A stretch of DNA of 64,000 bases. It comes from Cyanophora paradoxa CCMP329. Lineage: Eukaryota > Plantae > Glaucophyta. Positions 11,364 to 23,019 of this stretch are shown one piece after another; the first letter of the stretch is position 1, and every line of letters begins with the position of its first letter. A program made the translations under genes and the position numbers. A model generated the notes under the pieces. The model did not search any database. It had not been told where the DNA came from and was given only the letters and a program-made list of their open reading frames with translations. The DNA lies in NCBI GenBank assembly GCA_004431415.1, contig QPMI01000395.1, positions 62,001 through 126,000 of the forward strand, given 5' to 3'.

Positions 11364-14300
11364 ATGGCGGCCTTTCTCCCGGCGCCGCTCCCTCCCGCGC
11401 GCGCCTCAGCACCGACCGCGCCCCTCGTCGTCTTTGCGCCGCTCGCGATCGGCCGCCCCGCCGGCGCTGATCGCGCCGGCTCTCGTTCCGCTTGCAATTG
11501 GTCCGGCAGCACACTCGGTGCCGGGCGGAGGCGACCGGCCGCAGCGGGGGCGATCGGCCGGAGCTTTTTCGCGGGCGTGGGATCCCCCGCGCGCCTCCTG
11601 AGCCGCGGCCGGCCAGCAGCGGCAGGACAAGGTGCGCTCGGAGAGTGCGCGAAAACGTGCCGGTTCAGCTTAAATAAGCATACTTACATGCGGAATCGCT
11701 TTTATTTGGGTTGCTCACGCGCGCGCAGGAGCCCGCTTTGAGTTCGCGGTCCGGGCGGAGCTCGGCGGCCCGGACGTCGACAGCCCCCTCCCGCCGGCAC
11801 CCACCGGCTCCGACGCGCCCGTCAGCGGCGGCAGCAACGGCGCGGGCGCGGCATCGCCGGCCCGCAAGCCAGACGCGCCGGGCGGCCAAGCTGCTGGCCT
11901 CGCGTGCCCGCTCCCTTCGCCGTCGGCCGAGGCCGGCGCGGCAAAGCAGACGGAGCCGACGGCCGATCGCGAGCAGCAGCCCTTCGAGTGGCGCAAAAAC
12001 TGGTGCCGCAAATTCGAAGCCGAAGCTCCGGCGCGCGGGCCATCGGACCGGCTGCGGGGCTCACGCGCGCCCGGGCGGCGGGGGGCGCGCGCAGGTACCC
12101 GGTGGCCTTCGTGGAGGACTTCCCGCGGGGCCGCCCGTACCCCTTCTCCCTCTTCGACGAGCCCCTCGTCCTCTGGGCCGTGCGCCCCGCCCGCCCCGCG
12201 CCCCGCGCCGCGCCTCGCGTCCCGAGCTCTCGAGCTGCCGGCCGGCGCGCGCGGGGGGGCGCAGGGGAGGGCGGGGCGGTGCGCTGCGTGCTGGACCGGT
12301 GCCCGCACCGCGCGGTGCCGCTCTCGGACGGGCGCCTCGAGGGGCCCCTGCTCGAGTGCGGCTACCACGGGTGGCAGTTCGACGGATCCGGCCGCTGCGC
12401 GCGCATCCCGCAGCTCGAGGCCGGCGCCGCCATCAACCAGCGCCGCGCCTGCGTCGCCGCCTACCCCGTCGCCCTCGCCCAGGGCATCATCTTCGTGCCC
12501 GCCCCGCCCCGCCTCCCGAGCCCCGAGTCCCTTTAATTTCTCCCGAAAACGCCTCTCCAACCGTCTTGCACTGAGCGCGGGGCCGGCCGCGGGGGCAGGT
12601 GTGGGCGGACCCGAAGTCGCCCCCCGACGAGTCCCTCATCCCCCGCATCGGTCCGCCCCGAGCTCTAACTCTGCTATTAATATCCCTTACTGCCTCACTA
12701 TCCACTCATCGGAGAACGTAGCACGTTTAATTTTAAATTTAATTTTCGCATGCGCGTCTTTTGGATACGCGTCCTTTCTTAGTTTTCGCGCGGCCCGCGA
12801 AATCGGGCTTGCGTTCAATCATAAATTTCGCAGGACTAAAGTTCGCGTTTAATTTCGCAGGGCTGCTGGAGCACCCGGGCCTCTCGCCGGCCGTCTTCGA
12901 CATGTCCCGCGACGTCCCCGTCGACCACACGATCACCCTCGAGAACCTCATGGGCGCGCCTCCTTTCTATGCACATATGCTAAGATTTTTAGAGTTGCAA
13001 ATGTTTTTGGTTTCATCAGTTCTTTTGCATGCGCAGATCCCTCCCACGTACCCTTCGCGCACCATGTCCGCCTACATTTCGCGCCCTAGCCCACAAAGCC
13101 GACCTCGAATTGACTAGATTTCGGTGGTTTCGCAGGGGCGCAGGGGACGCGGGAGTTCGCGGGCCCCATCGAGACGCGCGTCGCCGGCCGCTCGCCCGAC
13201 GGCTTCCGAGGGACCTTCCGCATCTTAAGGCGGGCATTAAAATTATTGGCGTTGAGAAATTAAAGATAGAGCGCGTCGCCTTGCTAATTCTCCACTTTTC
13301 TCTTATCGTTTTGTCGCCGAAGCCCGGGGACACCCGCCGCACTCGGCCACCGCACAATTGAGTTTCGGGTGCGGATGCGCCTCCAGGATGCGCTGCAGAT
13401 ATATATGCCGATATCTTTGCCTCCGGATAAATTGCTTCGCGATCGTGCGCGCAGGCGCCGTGCATGGTCGACATCACGATCGAGCAGGACAACGGGAGCG
13501 TCTCCAAACAGGCGAGTCGACGTCTTCTCATTCATCGACCGATCGAAGAGTCTCTTCAGCTATTATCGTTTTCTCTCGGCTTCGAACTCAAAAACCTTAG
13601 ACACAAGAAATATGAATCTGAAGCTTTCTCAGATTTTCTGCGGACCCAAAGGGCCCTGATGCATCTCTTCGCAGGTCTTTTACGTGGTGCCGCTGGGCCC
13701 CGGGCGCGCCCGCGTCCACACCCGCTTCGTCAACATCGTCCCGAAGCCCGTCCTCGTGCGCTGCCGCCATCCCCGCCCTACAGGCGCGTCTCAGGCGCAT
13801 CTCGCTCCCTGACTCAGCGGCACGCGCTCTCCGCCGCGCAGGCGGTGGCGCCGCGCTGGGCCCTCCACGCCTTCGCGAACCTGCCCCTCGACCAGGACAT
13901 GATATTCCAGTGCGACCATCGGATTAAATTTTAAATGTGCTACGTTGTTATAAAGAGGACCAGGATTAAAATGCGCTGCGTTGTTACAAAAAGTTTTCGT
14001 TTTTGCTGTATAGGACATGATCTTCCAGTGCGCTCGATTCTCAGCGTTGTTCTGAAGAGCTTGAATTGCTTTAATTTCTCTGCGGCTTGAGCTTAAGCTT
14101 TAATTTACACTTTGCTTTGCTGCAGGTGCTACCAGCAGCGGCACCTGCGGGCGGCGGGCGGGGACTGGGCCGCCGCCTACTCCATTCTCGCCCCTGCGAC
14201 CGGTGCACCCCTCTAGATTTAAAGCAGCAGCTTTTCTTCTTCTTGTTTTCGCGCGCCTGGTATGGATGGCTTAAGCTTTAGGCAGGTTCGTGGTGGAGTT

Positions 14301-14680
14301 CCGGCGCTGGCTGGACGGGGCGCAGGCGAGCCTCCCCGTCCGATACACCGACGCCGCGCTCCCCGACGCCCCGCTGTGCGCTGCTCGGCGTTCGCGTTCA
14401 AATTAAATTGGATTACTGATTCTAAATTCGAACTAAATGGAGCTCCAGCGAACTAAATTCGATGCATATCTATGATTGGAGCGCACGTGATTTGCAACTG
14501 ATTTAAGCGACGCGTAGAAAGAAGCTTCGATCTGAATATTTAATTCTAAATCAAAGAAGCTGCCCCGTCAACTTACTCTTGACGCTTTTCGCGCATGCGC
14601 AGGCCGCCGCCTTCGGTGCTGCTGGACCGCTACGAGCAGCACACGCGGCGCTGCCCCGCGTGCTCCTCCGCCCTCCGCCG

Positions 14681-14712
<32 letters not shown>

Positions 14713-14881
14713 CCGCCGTCGCCGGCGCGCTCCTCGGCGCCGCGGCGCTGCCCGCGGGGCGTGGGCGCTGGCGGGCGCGGGCCTCGGAGTCGCGGCGGCG
14801 GGGGCCGTCGCGGGGGCTGCCCTGCGGCAGGTGGAGCGGCAACTCACGTACTTCCCCAACGATCTCAATAAGCGGCCGTGA
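11364..14881 (+). CDS. Plastid-targeted Rieske [2Fe-2S] non-heme iron oxygenase, PaO/Tic55/PTC52 family (gene A, copy 1), ~14 exons
   Basis: MAAFL transit peptide ending near RFEFAVRAE; FEWRKNWYPVAFVEDF; Rieske motif CPHR...CGYHGWQFDGSGRC; mononuclear Fe motif ENLMDPSHVPFAHH; LDQD; C-terminal HTRRCPAC followed by a hydrophobic Ala/Gly-rich segment; ends YFPNDLNKRP*. Confidence 0.92.
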
Positions 14882-15970
14882 TCAAATGTATGCATGACCG
14901 CCTCGAATTTGAACTGAGTCGTTGCATCATGGCATGTGTATACTATATATGATCATGAGCATCATGAGCGGGAGCTTGTACAACAATGTGGAGATCTACG
15001 TACTTAGACGAAGGGTATGCCGGCGGGCTCCAGGCCTTTCTATTCTCACGTGGCAAGCTTCAAACTGCGACGCATGTATATGGGGCACTAGAGGCCGCAG
15101 GTCGCGCGTCGAATCGATCGCATCGTCTACGTGCATATGTAATTGTCAGATTGCGGGTGGGTTCCAAGCTAGCGCTTGTATTCGTCCAAACATATATTTA
15201 CCAGTCTTCAATGGCAAGCATCGGTGGATATAATCGGAGGCACGATCGCCTCGTCGGAAGGGGATCCCGGAAATGAAATGTATACGTAGTCATCGAGTTT
15301 CCTGACCAAATGTGTTAATGGTTGTGGTGCGGTGAAGGCAGCGTCACGGCGTGATTAGAACAGGCTTAAGCAAAGTTCCGCACTATAATTCATGCCAGAG
15401 CTGCTGAGCGGATGCACATGCCGACGTCGACGCGGAGCAATCGTGCGAAGGGTCTTTAATTAATTTTAATTTGGAGCCGTCGAGGGCTCATGATCAACGA
15501 CGGCTGATCATGAGTCCTGGACCGACGTAGCTGTCACAGCCTGGCAGCTTAATGTGTGACACTGATTGCCCGTATCCGGGTCTCGTGGTCACACAGGACG
15601 TTCTTTCACCGGATTGAATCCTTGTACCAATCGAGGATATCTTCGGAACGCGGGTCGATTACAAGACGTGAACTTGTGAATTGTCTGCAAGCCTGCCGTG
15701 CAATTAATGCAAGGGACATCACAAGACGTGCTATCAGCGTGCGCGCGTGAACAATAACATTCGAAAGTGTGTATCTCGCGATCGCGCTTCCATGCCAGTG
15801 AACGCACTTAGATCTTCGATGAAGTCCGACGGTCCTGGAAGCCGCGAAGAGCTCGAATCCGGATTCGGAGCGCCGACTCGGCGATCGCACTGCGGCATGA
15901 ACCAGCTGCAGTGTAATGTCGAGCTCGAGCACGATCGCGAGCTGCCCCGGCGAGGCTAAGGCCTTCGAAT

Positions 15971-16546
15971 TCAGTGTAAGCTGCTTCTCGCAGGCGCGTT
16001 TCCGCGGTTCGTCGGAAAGTCAGGGTCTAGATCTAGATCTCCGGATCCTTCGTCGTCCGATTCCCGATCGGGACTCGCAAATCCGCATGCGCAAGCCGAG
16101 AGGCAGCTGCAGACTGGGAGGTGAGGGGCTGCAGCTCGTTCCCGATCCGGATCCGTCGGAGGCAAGACGGCAGTCGAGGCCGAGGAATTGGAGACACGGT
16201 CTGAAAGGGCAGCCATGAGCCCGTACCGTAAGCCCGTGCCGAAGGGGACCCAGCTAGCGCCGCGTAGGCTGGCGCCGGTGCTGAAATCGAGGCGCGTACC
16301 GGCAGCGCCGCTGTGAGGCTCGCGACCGGTGTCAGTGGCCTGCAGCTGGGGCGGCGCGAGAGCGGCTGAGGACGCGACGGCTTCCTGCAGCTGCTGCTGA
16401 AGGAATGCGGCAGTTCCGCGGTCCTGTGCCGACGTTGTCATCGAGACCAGAGTCGTGGTCGCGATCGGCGTCGGAGCTGTAACGAGCTCAAGGGGGCCGG
16501 CCTCGCCGTCGCCGTCGCGGCACAGTTTTGACGATTTCAGATACAT
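15971..16546 (-). CDS. Hypothetical gene Y, first exon or ORF (copies at 26806-27372, truncated, and ~38651-39225)
   Basis: 191-aa ORF with protein-like composition, lying just downstream of a leader shared with gene X. Downstream exons not resolved. Confidence 0.3.
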   Translation of the reverse strand: MYLKSSKLCRDGDGEAGPLELVTAPTPIATTTLVSMTTSAQDRGTAAFLQQQLQEAVASSAALAPPQLQATDTGREPHSGAAGTRLDFSTGASLRGASWVPFGTGLRYGLMAALSDRVSNSSASTAVLPPTDPDRERAAAPHLPVCSCLSACACGFASPDRESDDEGSGDLDLDPDFPTNRGNAPARSSLH

Positions 16547-16673
16547 TCAGGAATCGAAGCCGCTGCATGCGCAGCGGACTTCAGCTGCTAGTAGCCTGCT
16601 ACTGCAGCAGCACCCATGGCCCAGGGGCTCCCAGAGTCTCAAAGAGTCTTAAGCTTCATGCTAACGTTGATTA

Positions 16674-16931
16674 CTGTAGGATTGCTTATTTAGCCGTGGT
16701 TTTAAATAGCCGTAAATCGCCGAGAGGCCGAATTCGGCAATTTAGACACACGGCAATTGTAAGGGGGTAGGGCTAAACGGCCGCTTTGTATGGCACAATT
16801 GCAATAGAAGAAATCCAGCGTTTCGGCAATTTATCGTCACCGCAATTCCGATTTTGGGCGAATTCGGCAATTAAACAAAGCGGCAATTTAAGCAATCGCG
16901 ATCGATGACACTGTGACAAGCCCTATCGTAG
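16674..16931. mobile_element. Degenerate Tc1/mariner-type MITE (copies 27500-27757, 39351-39607)
   Basis: TA on both sides; left end CTGTAGGATTGCTTA, interrupted right end TAAGCAATC...CCTATCGTAG; repeated CGGCAATT motif. The inverted homolog near 19155-19175 shows an empty TA site. Confidence 0.5.
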
Positions 16932-17961
16932 TATATAATCGTACTAGTAGTACATGTTACTACATGACAAGTACATGACACTAGTCACACTACATGTACA
17001 CCGACTCACTACTGAGTCAACGTCCGACGGTCGCCGGCGGCCGGACTCCGAGTCCGAGCTGAGAGCCTGAGGCTCGCCCCGAGCCGGCGCCGGGCGCCCG
17101 CCGCGCCGGCGGCCGACCACCGGCGATCGCGAATCATCGATTCGCGATCGCGACCATCTATGGTCCCATTGGTCCGGCATCCGTCAAATCGGCGGCGACC
17201 GCGGCAGATGTCGAATCATTGTCGAGTCGTCCACCCATGGCAGGCTTATGCACGTGCACGTGCACTTTTCGAATTCAATTGAAAAAACAAGTTTCCGACT
17301 CTTTTTGTTGAACTTCCGAGCTACTTAGTGCTACTACTTTTGTTGAACTTCCGAGCTACAGTCAGAGTTACTCTGTGACGATTCGAGTCTCAGAGTCTCT
17401 GAGACTCTGAGTCTCTGACTGGGTTAACCCCAACAGGGCCCTACCGGTTCTTAACCGTTGCCAAAGTTGAACTGACCGTCGGACGATTCGCAATCGATCG
17501 CGAGTGCGATTCGGTCCCGACTCCTGACCGCGGTATGCGCATATGCACATACCAGGGTATGCATGCCGCAGAGTCGGCGCAGACCGTCGGACTGGCCCGG
17601 CGCCAGGCCTAGGCCCGCAGACTAGGGCCGCAGGCCCGCAGTACGGTCGTAACGGTACATGACATGTACACTGTACAGTTCACTGAGTCAGGCTCGTTCA
17701 AGTTTCAAAATTTCAAACTTGACAAGTTCAACGGTTTACAACTTGCCATGGCCAGGCCGTGGTCCATATGCAATGTTATGCATGGCCGGCGTTGGCCGCA
17801 GGCGACGGCGCCGACGGGGCCCTTAGACGGTTAGTTAGACCCCATTAATATTCAGGCCAGATTCGAAAGCTCCGAAGTATCTTAGAAGCCTGCAGGCTGC
17901 AGACTGCACTGCCGCTGCAGGCTGCAGCCCCCGGGCCCCTGCCAGCCCGGGCCCCGGCCCG

Positions 17962-18453
17962 TAGTGCTGCCAGTGGGTTCAGTCAGGGTCCCCCCCTGAC
18001 CCAGTCGCTCAGCCCCCCTGACTGTGACTGAATCAGTCAACCCGAGGTTCAGTCAGGCTACCGTGCAAAAACTAAGGAAAATGACCCAGAAATGACCCAG
18101 ATGCGATCCATCTAAGTTGCCAAGCACAGTGAGCGGGCAGTAGAGGGTAATTATGCAAACAAAGAACAATGGAGAAAGAAATTCAGCCCCCGCCAGGTGT
18201 CAGAGGCCGTTAGCCTCGCTAGCGCGGGCGGTTTCGTTCAGATTTCGTTGTTTTTCTGGAGGTAAGACGGCAGAAGATCCTTTTTAGGTCGACCCACGTC
18301 AAGCTTTAGATGGGAAAAGCCCACAGGGGGCACGCTCCCAGCAGGGTTTTCTATGGGACTGAGAGAACCTCATGATCAGTCGGCCAATTTGGTGACTCAG
18401 TCGGGTCAGTCAGACCCTCTGACTTTGACTGACAGTGACTGAACCCAGCCCTA
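17962..18453. mobile_element. Putative MITE with hAT-like TAG(G/T)GCTG ends (also in units 2 and 3)
   Basis: Inverted TGGGTTCAGTCA (17974) and TGACTGAACCCA (18436-18447), with dense subterminal TGAC/GTCA motifs. No exact TSD found. Confidence 0.4.
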
Positions 18454-19228
18454 GGCCCCGGCCCCGGGCCCGGGCCCCGGGCCGCGGCGCGCCGCGCCGG
18501 GCGGCCTCCTGCCACTGCCTGCAGCTGCCACTGCCTGCCAGCTGCAGGACTTCCGAAGTTCGGAGCCTCGGAGCTACCAGGTAGAGGACTCCGGGAGCCT
18601 CGGACTCCCGGGAGTCAGGGTTCGTACCGGTATCATAGTATGGATGGCCACTGGGGCTAGTATAGTGGGCCGTTACCCGGCCGTACTACTAGTACTACGT
18701 AATACGTATACGGTAGTAGTGACCGCTGGGGGCCTGGGGCCAGTGGCCGGGCGCCACCGTACCAGAGTCCGGCGACTCGGCGGCGCCGGCGAGTCGTTAG
18801 TGACTCGTTAGTAGAGTCGTTACCAGACTCTCAGTAATATAACCTTACTAGGCTTAGTTACCCCGGGAACTTACCCGACTAGGGCTGTCGTCAGTCAGCC
18901 CCCCGGCTGGACCCCCGCGCGCGGCGCTAGCTATTTAGCACATCGCACTGCAGCTGCACCCTGCAGCCAACTGTAAACATAGTCTTGCATGCGCAGCTAC
19001 GAATCGATCTTCTTTAGCGCAACCGTTGAACAACAAGTTTCGAGGCGACCTCGACGTCGGCAGGCTAGCGCTCGAGTCACCGTCGCACTGCGAAAGCATA
19101 CGTATACGGCGACCGTTCGCGTATACACGTACGCGTACGTATACGCACATTTATAGCACGTTGTATAATCAACGTTGGCCTGCAGCTTAAGACTCTGGGC
19201 GGCCCTGCACCTGGGTGCTCTAGATTTG

Positions 19229-20989
19229 ATGAAAGTCAACACATGTACAGGCGCACGCAACATGCATACGTTTCCAGCCAGCACATGTACAGCGCCGGTC
19301 GACAGCACCATAGCGCCGAAAGTCGGCCGCAGCATTTCAAGGCAGAATTCCCGCCCCCGGATCATCTCTGCAAATCCATCGGAGTCATCCCGTACGCATG
19401 CCAGAGCGTGCGGGGCCGCGTCGGCGCAAAAGTCGTCCAAGGATAGCGTTTCACAGCCTGCGTCAGCGAAGGGAAATGCGCTGGCGCTGCAGCCGCCTCG
19501 GTGTGCCTGTCCAGCCACGTACAATGAGGAGAGGAATAACGACCGGCTGGATAATATTAATCTGCTTATGCGCGTTTCGCAGTCTGGCATAATCGACCAG
19601 GTTCGGGCATCTTTCCCTTTCGAATTCGCGCCTCTCAATAAAATCCGGTGTCGAATTCAATGACGTTGACGCCGCCGAAATTGACCATCGACGTCAGTTG
19701 TGGGAGCCGTGGTCGCCGTGGACGCAGTGGTTGGAGTGGAAGCTGTACACGCCATCGATATCTCTAGATCTGCCCCGCGATCTCTGTCGCAGCCGTCCCG
19801 GCCCGCCGTGGAAATACCTGCTGCCGAAGGCGCCTCGCGATCGAGCTCGAGCCCATCGATATCGCGATCCTCCGTCTCGTTCCCGGCGTACGAGGCCTTC
19901 CACTTGGTTCGCGCTCTCGCTTTTAGCATAAGATTGCATGCGCGCGAGTTCTTCATGATCAATGACCCGAAACTTCACCAGGCCCTGCACCGCGCGATTT
20001 CGTCGCCAAAAGTGCCATGGGACCTCGCCGACGGCAAGCAACTCGCACAGGTGCGAGTTTCTGAGCCCGTTCCTCTGAGCGATAAAAGTCTCGATCTCGA
20101 TTAGTACCAAATGAGATGCGAAGCTGACTTGCACACGTGCGCGCGCGCAGGCAAACTGGGCCGTCGACACAGACGCGTGTGGGGGCACGCAAATGTCGCG
20201 GGAAGTTTTCGACAGGGCGGTGATCAGCGTGTCTAAGTTCTGGGCCGCGAAGCTCGAGAGCAGCGGATTCTTTACCGGCATACGCCTCCTGGCGCTGGAC
20301 GCCGGCCTGGAAGGCGATGTCGACCTAGATCACCTCTTCCTCGCTTGCTTTCTCGTGGTGCGAAATCATCGCCTCTTGCTCCTGCGCATGCGCATGCATC
20401 CTGAATATCGCATGTTCCGGAGCCGTTAAAAAAACGTTAACCCTGAATACGCAGGCTGTGACGAAGCCTGTTTCTCCGATTGCGATATCGATGGCGCGAC
20501 GGCAAGCTTAAGTTCGAGGAACCGCTGCAACTCCGTCATTCGGTCTTGGATGGGTGCGCGACGCGTACGGCCGCTACTTGTTCGCCGAGTTGAATTCACA
20601 GTTTCCTAATACACGCGTGCGCTGATCGTGACTCACTCACGTCATGTCAGAGGTGGAGCTTGGCGTTTGCCATCCGAAAGGAGTCATGTCCGCGCTCCAG
20701 AAGCTGGTCGAGGCGTCGACCCGCCGCGCCCGCTGCTACAGCTCCGCGGCCGTGGACGGCGACGCCGTTGTCGATTTCTCTAGATCTGCTCTTCCGCCTC
20801 CCGTTGCGGCTGTCGAGACGCGCCCGGCGACGCCGGAACCGTGCCTGGAACGCGACCGGCCTGCGTCCGCCCCGGGGCCACGTCGGCCGGCTCCCGTTTG
20901 CCCCCGAGGGGCTCCTTCGCTTTGCGCTGCACAACCGCATGGAGAAGCTACTCGCACAGCGCTGTAGAGCTCGACTTCGATCTTCGTAG
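19229..20989 (+). CDS. Hypothetical multi-exon gene X, copy 1
   Basis: GT-AG splicing joins frames: ...YEAFHL/FFMINDPKLHQALHRAISSPKVPWDLADGKQLAQ/ANWAVDTDACGGTQMSREVFDRAVISVSKFWAAK...FLV/AVTKPVSPDC.../EVELGVCHPKG...RLRSS*. Exons are conserved in the diverged paralog at 46946-48877. Start codon uncertain. Confidence 0.6.
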
Positions 20990-21296
20990 CTGCGGCTGCA
21001 GTGCAAACGTTTCCAGTACAGCTACAGATCTCGAGCTTGAGGTAGCTATATAGGCGCGGCCCCAGTCTGTAGCTGCCAAACCATTTTCATATTACCGCGG
21101 CCGAGGTTTACGTAACAAATACTGATATACTTAGTGGCAATACCTTCGCATGCAGAGAATTCGAAGCTTTATGTATATTTTACCCTTCGGAGAGACAAGA
21201 CCCAATTGCAAATGCACATAGGTATACTATAGCTAGTACTGTACCTGTAGCAACTGCAGTACACAAGATGGGAATTTCATGGTGTAGTATTAAATA

Positions 21297-22263
21297 CTAG
21301 GGCCCGGCCGCGTTTGGCGCGCCGGGGTGCAAGGGGGGAATCGGGATCTAATGAAAGAGTAGTAGTGGCACGAACATGCACGGGGCAGATGTAGATCGAC
21401 CCCGGCCCAGCGCGCGCGGCAGGTTGAATTAGTAAATTAAAGATAGACACAGAGCGGCATCTGGCCCGGCAAGGCTCGGAGCGACGATAGCTACCAGAAG
21501 CTGGATCCGTAACGACCGGAAAGCGGCGTGCAGCGGCGCGTCCGGAGGCAGTGCCCAGGCCGGGTAGCAGGCGGCGGGGGCGCACGCACGTGCACGCGGC
21601 CCGGCGGCGCAACACAGGGCTGCACGCGGCGTGCACGCAGGACACGAACTATAGCTAGTCTGCTGTCCGGGTGCCGATCGCAACAAGAGCGCCGAGCGCC
21701 CGGCCCGGCCGGCGTGCTCGGCCGGCACACGCGGTTCTGCAATATAAGCTCGATATAAGCTCGATATAAGCGCAGCAAGAGAGTACGGTCTAGATCTGGC
21801 CGGCCGGGCGTGCTCGGCTGCGATCAGCTGCAGCGGCGCAGGCAGCAACGCAAGCAGTTTCTAGGCGGAAATCTAGAGGAGACGTTGACAGGTAGAGAGA
21901 AGTGGTTCCATGCAGAATTGCGCAACGAAGAGCAAGGCGTACGCGACGCACTGCGAGGAAGCCGAAATCTAGAGGAGACAGCTAGGGAGAACTGGTTCCA
22001 TGCAGAACCGCGCAAGGAATTCGAAGACCGGAGTTAGAGAGAAGTTAGTTTTCCCCTCGAAAACCACTTTTCCCCTCTAATTCGACGCTCGAAAGTCGAG
22101 AGCTGACCGGTCCACCGAGCCAATCCGAACGCGAATAACCCGTCATTTTTTTCCGGTGTTGCAAACTGGACCTCGAAAACGGCCTCATAGAAAAGTTTTG
22201 GCTGAAGCGAGGGAACGGGAAGCAAGGGGGGGAAGACCTTCGGTCTTCTTTTCCCCCCTTGCA
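21297..22263 (-). mobile_element. Non-autonomous Helitron2/Helentron-like element (967 bp), copy 1
   Basis: 13-bp asymmetric TIR TGCAAGGGGGGAA (21328-21340 and 22251-22263); 5' hairpin 22222-22262; 3' GC hairpin ~21303-21326 followed by CTAG; T|T junction without TSD; absent from the paralogous site near 46600. Confidence 0.75.
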
Positions 22264-22284
22264 ATAAATGCAATGTTTCGCAGA

Positions 22285-23019
22285 CTGGCCTCCGCCGCCC
22301 GCCAGGGCTCGTCCCGTCGCGCCCGAAGCCGCAGGCCTGCGCACAGTCGTCCGCAGCGCCCCGGCGTTGCCCGCGTCCGTCGCGCCCTGCTCGAGCACCG
22401 AGACACGCCGCCACGCGTCGGCCCCGGCTCGGACGCGCGGACCGCAGATCTAGAGCCGCATGGTGGCTACTACAGGTGCAGTAGCTACTACAGGTGCATG
22501 CAGTGGCTACTACGGGAGTGTCAGCCTGCGTGTTTGTCAGCGACAGGGGCGCAACGGGCCCGGGCGCAGGGCGTTATCCGGGACCGCACCACGCACTTCG
22601 CACCAAGAGCGCACCACGAGCCGTAGCTGATCATGAGTGCGTCGTGCTCGCTGCAGCTGCGGGCGTCGTGCGTCGGCCGCTCTGCGGCAGAACGAAGGCT
22701 AGGCCACAGTACGCCCGGACGCATCCAAACTATACTGCCTGGCTGTCTTCGATCCTCGGGCCTACGCAATGCTGATGTGGGCGCTGGTGTCAAGAGGCGT
22801 GCTGTGTGTTGAACTTCTCCTCTGTGCCAGCGACCGGCATTTCTCCTCGATCTCGTTAAAACTACTGATAGAAAGAAATAAGCTCTATAAGAATGCATAT
22901 ATATGCCATATATATGAAAAGGTTTAATTGACTGGCGTAGGGATTTTCCAAGTCGACTTGCCCCCCCCCCCTGTCATACAAACCGAGTTGTGGGGACCGA
23001 CTTTTTTTCGCGAGCTGTG
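22285..23019. mobile_element. Right-end fragment of the CACTA-like element
   Basis: Matches 10424-11158 including the right TIR and its downstream flank. Confidence 0.85.

Larger units (their letters stand above)
10424..22284 (+). repeat. Tandem segmental duplication, unit 1 (11,861 bp)
   Basis: Near-identical to 22285-33126 and 33127-45117; junction ...CGCAGA-CTG-GCCTCCGCC. Confidence 0.95.

Noticed and set aside
11364-14881. Assigning the symbol PAO, TIC55 or CAO
   Set aside because: Family membership is clear, but orthology cannot be decided without a phylogeny.
18997-20281. Minus-strand ORFs of 213 aa and 195 aa (and their copies)
   Set aside because: They are antisense to gene X, whose splice sites and exon frames support the plus strand.
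20275-20320. GIRLLALDAG in gene X as a RuvC-I motif (Fanzor/TnpB) near the Helitron2
   Set aside because: No RuvC-II/III motif or CxxC zinc finger downstream, and the gene lies outside the element.
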